Assembly: GCA_964435775.1 (NCBI GenBank)
Contig: CAYTAP010000006.1
Location: forward strand, 1-54,652
Length of the DNA: 54,652 nucleotides
DNA from: an uncultured Tepidisphaeraceae bacterium
GTDB taxonomy: Bacteria; Planctomycetota; Phycisphaerae; Tepidisphaerales; Tepidisphaeraceae
Direction: 5' to 3'
Each line of letters opens with the position of its first letter. Within the stretch, counting starts at the first letter, position 1. Positions 41,960-51,457 of the stretch are shown piece by piece. The notes below the pieces were generated by a model, which had not been told where the DNA came from, searched no databases, and saw nothing but the letters and a program-made list of their open reading frames with translations. The translations under genes and the position numbers were made by a program.

Positions 41960-44302
41960 ATGGAGCATGGCTGCATTGCCGCCACAGATGAACGAACGTT
42001 AGGTCTGATCCGCCCAATGGGGCCGACGAATCCATTTTTTACAGCAAGTGAGGTTATTTTCGTGCCTGATTTCGCCAAAACGCAAGTGCGGGTTCATAAC
42101 GGTGTGCCGACGATCTTCGTCAATGACGAGCCGATTCATGGGATGACGGCGACGAGTTGCGCCTTCAGCGATCCCAAGGTGGTGAGGGATTTCGTCACCG
42201 GCGGCGTCGAGGTCATGATGATCTGGATCGAGGCGGGGTTGAAGTGCTGGAAAGGGCCGGGGAAGTATGACTGGACGTACGCCGAGGAGAAGCTCAAGTT
42301 TTTCGAGGAGCACTCGGCCGATACGAAATGGATCATTCGCGTGCGCCTGGGGCTGCTCGATCCCTGGTTCCGCGAGGCGCATCCCACGGAGGTTCATAAT
42401 CCGCCGAAGCCGGGCGATGCGCCGGGGATGTCGGTGTCGAACATCGTGTCGCCGATCTGGCTGGATCAGATCTCGCAAATGCTGCGGGACTTTGTTGCGT
42501 GGTTGAAGACGACGCGCTGGGCGTCGCGGATCATCGGTTTCATGCTCAACGCGGGCAAGACCGAGGAATGGCTCCCATTCGATGTGGCGCGGACCTATGA
42601 AGGGGAATATCACCCCGTTTATGTGCGGGAGCTGCGGCGATGGCTGCGGGGCCGGTATCACAATGATGAAGCCGCGCTGCGCAAGGCGTGGGGGAATGAG
42701 AAGGTCACCTTCGACACCGCCGATCCGCCGCGAGGGATGGCGAAGATGGGGAGCCACATCTGGGGGCCGTACACGCTCCGCGACCCGAAACAGGATCGAC
42801 AGGCGATTGACTATTATTATTTCCTGAACGAGACGCTGGCGGATGCGTTGATCGCGGTCTGCCGCGCGACGAAGGAGGCGGCCGGGACGCCGATCATCGC
42901 CGGCGGATTCCACAGCTACCTCTGGTGGGAAACAGGCGTCTACTCATACATTCAAGAGTACGGCCACGGGCTGGTTCAACGGCTGAACGACAGCCCGTGG
43001 GTCGATTTCATCTCCGACATCACGAGCTACGACGGGCGCTATCCCGGCGGGCCGTCGGGCTATCTTGGACTGCCCGCGTGCCAGAACCTGCATGGCAAGC
43101 TCCATTACACGGAGGTCGATCTCCGCACGATCGAGAACATGACCGACGAACAGCGCCAAGCGTGGGCCAAGGTGGATCCGAACACCATCCCCGCGCGGAC
43201 GAGCGAGCCGGCGATCCCGAACCGGGTATGGAACTGGGACCTGGGCTTCTGCGGGCGCGACATGGGCGAGGAAGTGGCGCGAATCCAGCGCGAGCACATG
43301 CACAACCTGATCACGGGCACGCCTTACTGGTGGTTTGACATCGCCAGCCATGATTACGGATTGCCGGAGATCATCACGTCGCTCAAGCACCTCTCGGACG
43401 TCGGCAAGCGTGCGGTGAAATGGGATCGTCGCTCCATCGCGCAGGTGGCGTTTGTCTGTTCCGAGGATACGCCGATGCATCAGGCGGCGATGAGCGGGCA
43501 ACTGCTTCGCTTTGAAATGGAATCGGCGCACGGACTGCTGATCGACCTGGCCACGCGGAAGTGGGGACTGGCCGGGGTGCCGTTTGATACATACGAACTC
43601 CATGATTTGGCGCATCCGGATTTTCCGGGGGATCAGTACAAGCTCATCATCTTCGTTAATTGCGCGTTCATTTCATCACGGGCCGCGGAGGGGATTCGGC
43701 GCTGGAGGCGTGATGGAAAGGTGATGGCGTGGACGTACGCCGCGGGAGTGATGAACGATCAGACCCTCGCTCCGGCGCTGGGGGAGGAATTGATCGGGAT
43801 GAAGCTCGGTTGGCGCAAGCAAAGGCAAAACATCCATGTGATGATCGACGACGTCGATCACCCGTTGACCCGCGGCGGCGGGCGGTTGAATTATGGCACG
43901 GAAGGGTCGGTCGGTCCGGTTTTCTTCGCCGACGATCCGAAGGCGACGGCGCTTGGCCGACTCCGCGATGGCGGCGAGGCGGGGATGGCGGTTCGATCCC
44001 ATGGCGATTGGCAAAGCGTCTATCTCTCGATGCTCAATTTTGGTCCGGAACTGCTGCGAAACCTGGCGACCTTCGCCGGCGCGCATGTCTGGTGCGACAG
44101 CGATGATGTCATTTACGCCAATCGCTCGATCCTCTGCCTGCACACCGCGCATGGCGGCGACAAGACCATACAACTTCCCGCGCCGGCGCGGGTGACCGAT
44201 CTCTGGACCGGCGAGAGTGTTGCCGACCCGACAACTTCAATCCGCGCGAATGTGCCTCCGTATCGCACGCGGGCGTGGAAGATGGATTTTGTTTCAACCT
44301 GA
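41960..44302 (+). CDS. Putative cytoplasmic glycoside hydrolase, GH42-like architecture
   Basis: No signal peptide. WKGPGKYDWTYAEEKLKFFEEH... and YKLIIFVNCAFISSRAAEGIRRWRRDGKVMAWTYAAG resemble a GH42 barrel plus trimerisation domain. The start is uncertain (41960, 42017, or GTG 42062 with an upstream GAGG). Confidence 0.45.
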   Translation: MEHGCIAATDERTLGLIRPMGPTNPFFTASEVIFVPDFAKTQVRVHNGVPTIFVNDEPIHGMTATSCAFSDPKVVRDFVTGGVEVMMIWIEAGLKCWKGPGKYDWTYAEEKLKFFEEHSADTKWIIRVRLGLLDPWFREAHPTEVHNPPKPGDAPGMSVSNIVSPIWLDQISQMLRDFVAWLKTTRWASRIIGFMLNAGKTEEWLPFDVARTYEGEYHPVYVRELRRWLRGRYHNDEAALRKAWGNEKVTFDTADPPRGMAKMGSHIWGPYTLRDPKQDRQAIDYYYFLNETLADALIAVCRATKEAAGTPIIAGGFHSYLWWETGVYSYIQEYGHGLVQRLNDSPWVDFISDITSYDGRYPGGPSGYLGLPACQNLHGKLHYTEVDLRTIENMTDEQRQAWAKVDPNTIPARTSEPAIPNRVWNWDLGFCGRDMGEEVARIQREHMHNLITGTPYWWFDIASHDYGLPEIITSLKHLSDVGKRAVKWDRRSIAQVAFVCSEDTPMHQAAMSGQLLRFEMESAHGLLIDLATRKWGLAGVPFDTYELHDLAHPDFPGDQYKLIIFVNCAFISSRAAEGIRRWRRDGKVMAWTYAAGVMNDQTLAPALGEELIGMKLGWRKQRQNIHVMIDDVDHPLTRGGGRLNYGTEGSVGPVFFADDPKATALGRLRDGGEAGMAVRSHGDWQSVYLSMLNFGPELLRNLATFAGAHVWCDSDDVIYANRSILCLHTAHGGDKTIQLPAPARVTDLWTGESVADPTTSIRANVPPYRTRAWKMDFVST

Positions 44303-44321
44303 GGAATCCTCGGACATCACG

Positions 44322-45200
44322 ATGACACCGAATATTTTAACTGCGCGGCAGGTCGATCACTTTATTGATCGCGGGTATGTGCTTGTTCAGGATTGCATCC
44401 CCAAAGCCATGGCCCGCCAGTGGGTGGATTCGGCGTTCACGCGCCTTGGCTATGATGCGGGGAACCCGCAAACGTGGACCGAAGCGCGCATCCATCTGCC
44501 CCCAAGTCGATATGAGGATGCGCGGCAACTGTCGCCCAGGGCGTTTGGCGCCATCTGCGATCTCGTCGGCGGCGCCGAGCGGATCAGCGAACCTGTTGTC
44601 TGGGCGGACACCTTTGTCGTCAACCTGCGCGAAGGCGCGGATCGGCCGTATGATCTTCCCTCCGCCAGGGTGAGTGGGTGGCACAAGGACGGCTACTTCT
44701 TCAAACATTTTCTCGATTCGCCCGAGCAGGGATTGCTTGTGATCGTCGCGTGGACGGACGTGTTGTCGCGCGGCGGGGGTACGTTCATCGCGCCCGATTC
44801 GGTTGGTGTGGTCGCGCGGTATCTGGCCGAGCACCCTGAAGGGGTGTCGCCCGCCGCCTTTGCCGGGTTGATCGATCAATGCCATGACTTCATGGAGTTG
44901 ACCGCCAGCGCCGGCGACGTGGTGCTCATGCATCCCTATATGCTCCACGCGGTTTCGCAGAATCACCTGCGCGTGCCGCGGATCATCAGCAACCCGCCGG
45001 TGTTTCTGCGTGAACCGATGCGATTTCATCGCCCCGATCCGGCCGATCTTTCACCGGTGGAGCGGGGCGTGCTTCGGGGCCTCGGTGTGGATGATCTCGA
45101 TTTTCAACCCACCGCGCCACGACAAACCGAAATGCCGGGGTGGATGGTCAAGGCGCAACAAAGCCTGGGCGGCGGGAAGTCATCTCCCACTCAGGTTTAG
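44322..45200 (+). CDS. Phytanoyl-CoA dioxygenase (PhyH) family Fe(II)/2OG oxygenase
   Basis: LTARQVDHFIDRGYVLVQDCIP N-terminus. WHKDGYF (His-x-Asp) and a later MHPYMLHAV His are consistent with a PhyH-like facial triad. Confidence 0.7.
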   Translation: MTPNILTARQVDHFIDRGYVLVQDCIPKAMARQWVDSAFTRLGYDAGNPQTWTEARIHLPPSRYEDARQLSPRAFGAICDLVGGAERISEPVVWADTFVVNLREGADRPYDLPSARVSGWHKDGYFFKHFLDSPEQGLLVIVAWTDVLSRGGGTFIAPDSVGVVARYLAEHPEGVSPAAFAGLIDQCHDFMELTASAGDVVLMHPYMLHAVSQNHLRVPRIISNPPVFLREPMRFHRPDPADLSPVERGVLRGLGVDDLDFQPTAPRQTEMPGWMVKAQQSLGGGKSSPTQV

Positions 45201-45226
45201 AACATTTTCAAGGCACTTGAGGCAGT

Positions 45227-45293
45227 TGGAGGGCGGCGGTCCGTCGCCGCCGCGCCCATCCAGCAACGGCGTCGCAGGAGCGACGCCCTCCAA
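45227..45293. terminator. Compound hairpin between convergent genes
   Basis: The outer stem TTGGAGGGCG...CGCCCTCCAA (10 bp) encloses GCGGCGG-tccgtcg-CCGCCGC and CGTCGC-agga-GCGACG. It lies 27 nt after the PhyH stop and 78 nt after the GH (minus) stop. Confidence 0.45.
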
Positions 45294-45370
45294 TTCTCAC
45301 TCGGCAATCTCGCTGCGTGTCGTCTGAAGATGCTCCAAGTCTCACCTTGTGGGATCGACCGACCACCGCT

Positions 45371-46888
45371 TTATTTACCACTCTGTTCGATCAACACAAT
45401 TGTAGCGCCGCCGACCAAATGCTCGGGTTGCCCCAGGGCCTTCGCGGCCGCATTGTCCTTGGCGGCCGGCCATCCCGCGAGGTTGGTTGCGCCGGCGAGG
45501 GTGACGCGGTAGACGCCGTTTTCCGGCTTCACCTGTGTTCTCTGGTTGTGGCGATCGACCAGCGTAGCCTCTGCGGCATGGGCGGGGATTGTGATGTCCA
45601 CGGATTTATCGGTGTCGGCGAACGCGATGTAAAGCCGCCGTCCATCCTTGCTGTCGTTGAAGGCGAACAGGTTGTATCCCGCCTTCCATGTCGGCTTGTA
45701 GGCCGAATGCCCTTCCAGGAATCCCACGCCTTTGGTCCCATGCAGTTGCTTGACGAATTTCGCGTGGGCGAACTCCCTGGTCAGAATGTCGCGATACGTC
45801 GTCAATACTGGTTTGGGCTTGCCGAGCATGCGGGCATACAGACCGTGGCCGTTGGAGTTGTCCAGTTGGAAATGGAAAAACTTCTGAACGCCGCCCATCA
45901 TGCCCCAGGCGTAGGATTGCAGTACGTAGTCGCAATACTCATCCTCGGTGCCGCCAAAAAGCCCTCCGCGATCCGTGATGCCCATTTCCGTGATCCAGAT
46001 CGGCTTGGGCGCGCCCAGATATTCGGTCATCAGTTTGTCCAGCACGAGCGGATACTCGTACAGATCGCTCGCCCGGCTGTAGCTGTGCTGGTTCATGAGG
46101 TCGAAGTAATAATTGTGCGCCTTGGCCTGCGGATCCTTGACGACGGCCTTCAGGTATTGCTCAAAGAAGGATTCAGGCGTCGGCTTGGGCGATGGGGCGT
46201 TGTAGCCATGCGAATTGAGATACCCCTCAACCGTTGGAAAGCACAGCCCGGCGAAGAGCGCGGTGCAATTGGGGTCGGCTTTCTTCGCCGCCAGGTAGAA
46301 TGTGCGTTGATAGGGCAGGAAATCCGTGCCATTTCCACGGAAATAATGATGGCCGCCTAAATCCGGCTCATTCCAGCTTTCCCAATGATCGACCACATCC
46401 TTGTAGCGTCGAACCGCCTCGTACACGAAATGTCCGTACAAGTTTTCCGGCGATTCCACGGGGCGAACATCAATTCCGCGCATGGGCCAGGAAGTGCCCT
46501 GACGCTTGCCTGTGGGATCCTTCCACTTCTCGTCGCCAGCCCAGTCGGTTCCATACCCCAGAATGACTTCAAACCGCAACTCGGGATGCGCCTTGCGAAC
46601 CTTGCGCACATTTTCCAATTGGCTCCAGTCCCATTGGTCCGGATCATTGCCGGGTTTGGCGCGAACGGTCTTAAAGCTGACATCAATGCGGCACATCGTC
46701 GCGCCGGCATCGAGCATCGCCGACGAATACACCGGCGCGGTCAGTATCATGCCGTTGGACACCATGGCGAACGGATACACCGCATCCGTATTCGCGGCGG
46801 ATGGTTGTTCGGCGGCCGGACAGTGCCCGGACATCATCCACATCGCCGCGCCGGCGACCATTGATGCAAACATGGTTTTGATCCGCAT
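45371..46888 (-). CDS. Secreted clan GH-A glycoside hydrolase
   Basis: AGGAGA RBS. Signal peptide MRIKTMFASMVAGAAMWMMSGHCPAAE. WESWNEPDLGG (acid/base) and PIWITEMG (nucleophile). Confidence 0.7.
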   Translation of the reverse strand: MRIKTMFASMVAGAAMWMMSGHCPAAEQPSAANTDAVYPFAMVSNGMILTAPVYSSAMLDAGATMCRIDVSFKTVRAKPGNDPDQWDWSQLENVRKVRKAHPELRFEVILGYGTDWAGDEKWKDPTGKRQGTSWPMRGIDVRPVESPENLYGHFVYEAVRRYKDVVDHWESWNEPDLGGHHYFRGNGTDFLPYQRTFYLAAKKADPNCTALFAGLCFPTVEGYLNSHGYNAPSPKPTPESFFEQYLKAVVKDPQAKAHNYYFDLMNQHSYSRASDLYEYPLVLDKLMTEYLGAPKPIWITEMGITDRGGLFGGTEDEYCDYVLQSYAWGMMGGVQKFFHFQLDNSNGHGLYARMLGKPKPVLTTYRDILTREFAHAKFVKQLHGTKGVGFLEGHSAYKPTWKAGYNLFAFNDSKDGRRLYIAFADTDKSVDITIPAHAAEATLVDRHNQRTQVKPENGVYRVTLAGATNLAGWPAAKDNAAAKALGQPEHLVGGATIVLIEQSGK

Positions 46889-46899
46889 GAACCTTCTCC

Positions 46900-49800
46900 T
46901 TAGCGTTGTGCCTGGGCGGCGCCCGGGCCGTAAATCTCCACTTCGCGCAACATGAATCGCGCGACATGTCCCTTGCCGCCCCAGACTTTCTTCACGGCGT
47001 CATTGGCCAGTTCATCGGGGGCGAAGCCCGTCGTCGTGCGATGGATGACCAGTCGCAATTTGCTCGTGGTGACGGGCGCGAAGCTGTTCAGGAAGCGGTT
47101 GTTGTCCAGGTACCAGGTATTGGCCAGGCAACCGGCTGTTTTCACCCAGTCACTGTCGGGGACGGGGACTTTGACGTGCTCGATTGTCTTCCACTGGCCG
47201 TCGCTGAAGGATTGAATCTCGTAATCGAGCAGCGCGCAGAAGGCGTTGTCGGCATGCAGCCCGGCGATGAGCAGGTGGCTGACCGCTGTCGGTCGGGGAA
47301 AATCAATTTCCAGCGTCTGGGGTGTGGTGTTCAACTCGCCATTGAAGATCGCCTTGCCGTTGGTGTCGCCGTGCGGATTGCCGGCGTTGATCGTCTGCCA
47401 GATGCCATCGTTGATGTGCTCGATCTGCGTGCTTGGCGCTGAGTAGGCGAATGTGGCGTCTTTGGCGAGGTTTTCGCCGAGGTCGATTTTCGGCGCGGTG
47501 ATCGTCACGCTCTTCGCCACACGCAGGTAGACGGGAAGCTGGGGAACATCCAGCTCCACCATTCCATCGGCCACGTTCAGCGTCCGCTCATTGCCGAAGG
47601 CATCGGACATGACCACCGACTGGGCGCCTTGCACGCCCAGCTTCAGTTGTTGCGTCGGCGTTCCAAGATTGCGCAGGATGTAGGTGCGCCCGTCATTATT
47701 TTCAAACCGCAAGCCAAGGAAGATTTTGTTGCCGGTCGCGCCAAAATCCAACATGCCGGCGTAGGGGCGTCCCTTGACCATCGCCTCGCGCGTTCGCGTG
47801 ACCAGCGCGGCGGTGTGCGGACCGTTGTTTGACCAGAGATACGACGGTACCGTGCTGTAGCCTCCTTCGTTGAGGTAGTAGATGCTGTCGCGGTTGGAGG
47901 GAATACCGAGGGTCTCCAGCAAATCCTGATGCAGCGCGATGCGGATCGCCTGGGTCGGACCCATGAAGTCCCCGCCGCGCACGCCGGTGATGCAGCGCTC
48001 GGTTTGCCAGATCGGCTTTTCAGCATCACCGTTGTCGGCCATCAGCTTGCGCAGCACGCCGATCTTCCAGCGCCAGTGAATCGGATCGATCGTCTCATGC
48101 CCCTCGTAGTCGTGGATCGAGAGAATATCGACGAACGGGCCGCCACCGAGCTTGTAGAACGCTTCATACCAGGGCATTTGAATGCCGCAGACGGTCGGCC
48201 CCATCACCTTCGCCGCCGGGTCGATCTTCTTAATGAGTGGATAAAGTTGTTTGACCATTTCGACATACTTCTCGGGCTTCATCGAAAAGTTGGGCTCGTT
48301 CATAATCTCCCACACCTTGACGCGCCCCTTGAAGTGCGTCACCCACGCCGTCACGTTTTCCGGCGTGCAGTCCTTGGCGTCGGTGAACTGGAGGAAGAAA
48401 TCGACGTTGTGTTTCTCCGCCTCGGCGACTTCATTGTCCAACACTTTCATTCGCTTCTCCGAGGCCTGTCCGGGATGGAGTCGCACAAAGGGCAGCCCTG
48501 CGAACGCCTGGCGGGCCGAGTCGTTGGACATGCCGCCTTTGGATTCCCCCTCCTTCAACTCCGGCATGTTGGCGAAGTGCCGGGTGACGCCGAAGTGCTT
48601 GCCGATGGTCATCAGCGGTTTGTCGCCGCTGCTGAGCGTCAGTTCCATCGTGTACCAGCCGAACTTCGTCGGCGTGAATGTCAGCGCCGCTTTTGCCGCT
48701 TCGCCATCTTTCAGGGCAAGGTCGAAGGCGCCTTTGCCGGCTTCGTTTTTCCAGGTGTCGTACACGACATAAGACACATGCACCTGGCTGACCATCCGAT
48801 TGGCCGCGGTGATGAGCAGTTGCGCGCCGACGGGGTTGAGATCGTAAGAGATGCTGTAGGGGAGGTCGGCGGTGATGGTCGGCGACAGGCCCAGCGTCAT
48901 GGTGCTCGACTGGCTGACGTGGGCGGCGGTCGGATCAAGGAAGTTGGCGACGAGCCGCATGACGGCCGGCTGGTAGTGATTGCGGGTGTACCAGACGTTT
49001 TGCGGCGTGTTGCGGCTTGTCGCGGCGACCCAGAGTCGGTCGTGGCTGTCGATGGCCATCGGGACATAGTTGCTCGGATAGCTCCACGTATCGCCCCACT
49101 TGAACCATCCGTCGTGCTGCGTCAGCGTCGTGAGGTCGGCGCTGAACTTGCAGACGCGGCCGGGGTTGCCCCCCATCGTCATTGAATAGATGTTTCCCTT
49201 GGAATCGGTTGCGACCGTTGCGGTCAGCTCGCTGCCGTCGGTGACGCGATGGGTCGTGCCGCCGCCGATCGCCTTCAGAAGTTTTCCCGACGGATCGAAC
49301 TTATAGATCTGATTGGTCTCGGCGAGCACGAAGAAGTTTCCCTGCGGGTCGGCGGCGATGTCCTGCACGCCGGTGAGCTTTTGGCTGAGGGGGATCGTTT
49401 TTTCAACGGCGCCTTTTGACGGGTCGATGATCGTGATCGCATCGCCGCCCATCCAGGACCAACCCTTGCCGGGCATGACCTCCTTGGCATTGGCCAGGAC
49501 CGCGATCTTGTCGGCGTCGTTGTATTGCCATCGCGTGACGGCCATCGCGTACGGGACGTGTATCTCGTGAATCAGCTTTCCGGTTTTGTCATACACCTGG
49601 ACCATTTCCGCCCAGGGCTGGGTGACGTAGACATTGCTCTGGCCGTCCACTGCAATGCGCTGGGGGTTTTGGGTGACCGCGGGCATGTTGGGCGTGGGAT
49701 TGCCCGGTGTTTGGCCGCGTTTGGATTCGACGAGATCGAACTGCCGGAGGAACTTCCCGGCGGTGTCGAACACCTGCACGAGCTTGTTCCCCACCATGAC

Positions 49801-50061
49801 CTTGTCTTTGCCGTTGTATTGCGCGCCGTCAAGGGCATACACAAGGTCATCCGGCCCGATGGCGATGTCCTTCAGGTATTCGAACTTGCCGTTGCCATTG
49901 CCGATCCCGCCAAGCTGGATGTCGGCGCCGGCCCCCATCTTCGCGTTGGGGCCGGCGGCGTCGGCCGGGGTACAGAGCATCCCAACGCTTAAACTTGCGA
50001 TCAACGTAATGGATGCGACGAGAATGGGGAACCGGCGGCGTGACAAAATGCGTTCGCTCAT
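46900..50061 (-). CDS. Large secreted protein: NHL-repeat beta-propeller plus clan GH-A catalytic domain plus C-terminal F5/8 type C (discoidin)-like domain
   Basis: Signal peptide. NHL-like repeats (e.g. VYVTQPWAEMVQVYDKTGKLI, NFFVLAETNQIYKFDPSGKLL). VWEIMNEPNF and PIWQTE in the GH domain. The C-terminal LEIDFPRPTAVSHLLIAGLH...YEIQSFSDGQWKTI is discoidin-like. Confidence 0.68.
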   Translation of the reverse strand: MSERILSRRRFPILVASITLIASLSVGMLCTPADAAGPNAKMGAGADIQLGGIGNGNGKFEYLKDIAIGPDDLVYALDGAQYNGKDKVMVGNKLVQVFDTAGKFLRQFDLVESKRGQTPGNPTPNMPAVTQNPQRIAVDGQSNVYVTQPWAEMVQVYDKTGKLIHEIHVPYAMAVTRWQYNDADKIAVLANAKEVMPGKGWSWMGGDAITIIDPSKGAVEKTIPLSQKLTGVQDIAADPQGNFFVLAETNQIYKFDPSGKLLKAIGGGTTHRVTDGSELTATVATDSKGNIYSMTMGGNPGRVCKFSADLTTLTQHDGWFKWGDTWSYPSNYVPMAIDSHDRLWVAATSRNTPQNVWYTRNHYQPAVMRLVANFLDPTAAHVSQSSTMTLGLSPTITADLPYSISYDLNPVGAQLLITAANRMVSQVHVSYVVYDTWKNEAGKGAFDLALKDGEAAKAALTFTPTKFGWYTMELTLSSGDKPLMTIGKHFGVTRHFANMPELKEGESKGGMSNDSARQAFAGLPFVRLHPGQASEKRMKVLDNEVAEAEKHNVDFFLQFTDAKDCTPENVTAWVTHFKGRVKVWEIMNEPNFSMKPEKYVEMVKQLYPLIKKIDPAAKVMGPTVCGIQMPWYEAFYKLGGGPFVDILSIHDYEGHETIDPIHWRWKIGVLRKLMADNGDAEKPIWQTERCITGVRGGDFMGPTQAIRIALHQDLLETLGIPSNRDSIYYLNEGGYSTVPSYLWSNNGPHTAALVTRTREAMVKGRPYAGMLDFGATGNKIFLGLRFENNDGRTYILRNLGTPTQQLKLGVQGAQSVVMSDAFGNERTLNVADGMVELDVPQLPVYLRVAKSVTITAPKIDLGENLAKDATFAYSAPSTQIEHINDGIWQTINAGNPHGDTNGKAIFNGELNTTPQTLEIDFPRPTAVSHLLIAGLHADNAFCALLDYEIQSFSDGQWKTIEHVKVPVPDSDWVKTAGCLANTWYLDNNRFLNSFAPVTTSKLRLVIHRTTTGFAPDELANDAVKKVWGGKGHVARFMLREVEIYGPGAAQAQR

Positions 50062-50146
50062 CAGAAACTCCACTGAAAAAAGGGGATCGGACCCTGTAAG
50101 GGCGGGTTACACACAAAAATGCTCTATAGACAAACAATATCACTGT

Positions 50147-50169
50147 GAATCATGATTTATTGATGATTC
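50147..50169. promoter_or_regulatory. Candidate operator: GAATCAT-gatttattg-ATGATTC in a divergent AT-rich promoter region
   Basis: Perfect 7-bp inverted repeat with a 9-nt AT-rich spacer, between divergent genes (46900..50061 on minus, 50439..51335 on plus). Confidence 0.3.
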
Positions 50170-50438
50170 TCCGCGGTGGAAACAGTGTAAAAACGTGAAA
50201 AATAGAAAATCTCCATCGTTTGAGATTCCGAGCGTCAGAGGTAATACCTGCGGAAGAAAATAATGTTGACTCTGGGCAGAGTGTAAGGTAGTTTTGGTTC
50301 AGATCAACAAGTTCATGTCCTGAATTGATTGAGAAAAATTGAATGCGAGGCACTGGTCAAGGCACATGCGTTTGTCTTATTCAGAGCGGATCGACGCATC
50401 CGTTCGGCGCATGTGACACAACTGAACGGAGTATCGCC

Positions 50439-51335
50439 ATGTTCATGTCCGCGAAGTCTTCGAGACGGTTGGTGGGATTACGGCACGGGTTCACGCTCGT
50501 GGAATTGCTGGTGGTGATCGGGATCATTTCCATTTTGATCGCTATTCTCCTGCCCGCGCTCCACAAGGCGCGGGAGTCGGCCATCAAGGTCGCATGCCTG
50601 AGCAACATGCGGCAGACCTTCACGGCCATTGCCATGTACGCAACGGATAACCACGGCTGGTATCCGCCGGGAACTGCTGACGAGAAGGCCAATTGTCATG
50701 CCGGGGCGCCTACTGCTGAAGAAACGGAGATGCTGAGTGGCATATTGCCTGCTCCTCCCGCATATGGGAAGGCCGGCGAAGGTTGGGGCAATCCCTACGG
50801 GGCGGCGCAAAATAATCGTGCTTACAACACCAATCAGATTTGGGCACCTACGCTGGTGCGCTATGTCGGAGGAAATCCGGAGCTAATGAGCGCCTCTTAT
50901 TCGGTGCTGGCTTGTTACGGCACGATGCGCGCAGAGGACGGCTTGAATCCCATTCAATACGCCTTTTGGTATGGCATGAGAGCAACCTCGTCACGGTACA
51001 CGCGCAAAGTCGGACGTGTGCATGAAGCGGATCTTTTACCAGCAGCGGGAACCGGACCTGGCACGTCCTACCCTGCAGTTTACTTTCTCCTGGCATGCAG
51101 CGACTTGCGAGGATCGCTGACCGCTGGCCAGACGACTGCTGGGATACCTCAATATTGGGGCTTTGCCAACGTCCACGGCCAGTTTGGTCGGACGCATGGC
51201 AGTAATCCCATACATTCAACAATCGTTGGAGCAAGGAATTACGGTGGTGCCTATATGAACGTGATGGGGATTGACGGGAGCACCAAGACTATTCGCCATT
51301 TGCCTTATCCGGCTGCCGCCGGGCCGGGGTACTGA
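50439..51335 (+). CDS. Prepilin-type N-terminal cleavage/methylation domain protein (DUF1559-like pseudopilin)
   Basis: GFTLVELLVVIGIISILIAILLPAL is a type IV pilin-like leader. The C-terminal MNVMGIDGSTKTI resembles the DUF1559 DGSV tail. GGAG lies 7 nt upstream of the ATG. Confidence 0.82.
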   Translation: MFMSAKSSRRLVGLRHGFTLVELLVVIGIISILIAILLPALHKARESAIKVACLSNMRQTFTAIAMYATDNHGWYPPGTADEKANCHAGAPTAEETEMLSGILPAPPAYGKAGEGWGNPYGAAQNNRAYNTNQIWAPTLVRYVGGNPELMSASYSVLACYGTMRAEDGLNPIQYAFWYGMRATSSRYTRKVGRVHEADLLPAAGTGPGTSYPAVYFLLACSDLRGSLTAGQTTAGIPQYWGFANVHGQFGRTHGSNPIHSTIVGARNYGGAYMNVMGIDGSTKTIRHLPYPAAAGPGY

Positions 51336-51346
51336 ACAATACATGC

Positions 51347-51430
51347 GTGCATGCGAATGCCATGACACTCGATGGCGGAACATTGAGGGTCTGGCAGCCC
51401 AAGTCGGGGTATGCGTTCATGGCGGAGTGA
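51347..51430 (+). other. Conserved leader block or candidate small ORF (27 codons from a GTG; 22 from the ATG at 51362) upstream of a PEP-CTERM gene
   Basis: It reads ...TLDGGTLRVWQPKSGYAFMAE*. Paralogous to 53977..54063 (...VDCGMLMVCEPRLGYAYMAE*). The stop is 27 nt before the downstream ATG. No convincing RBS. Confidence 0.3.
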
Positions 51431-51457
51431 TTTGGTGTTTTTGATTTGGAGGTTGAG

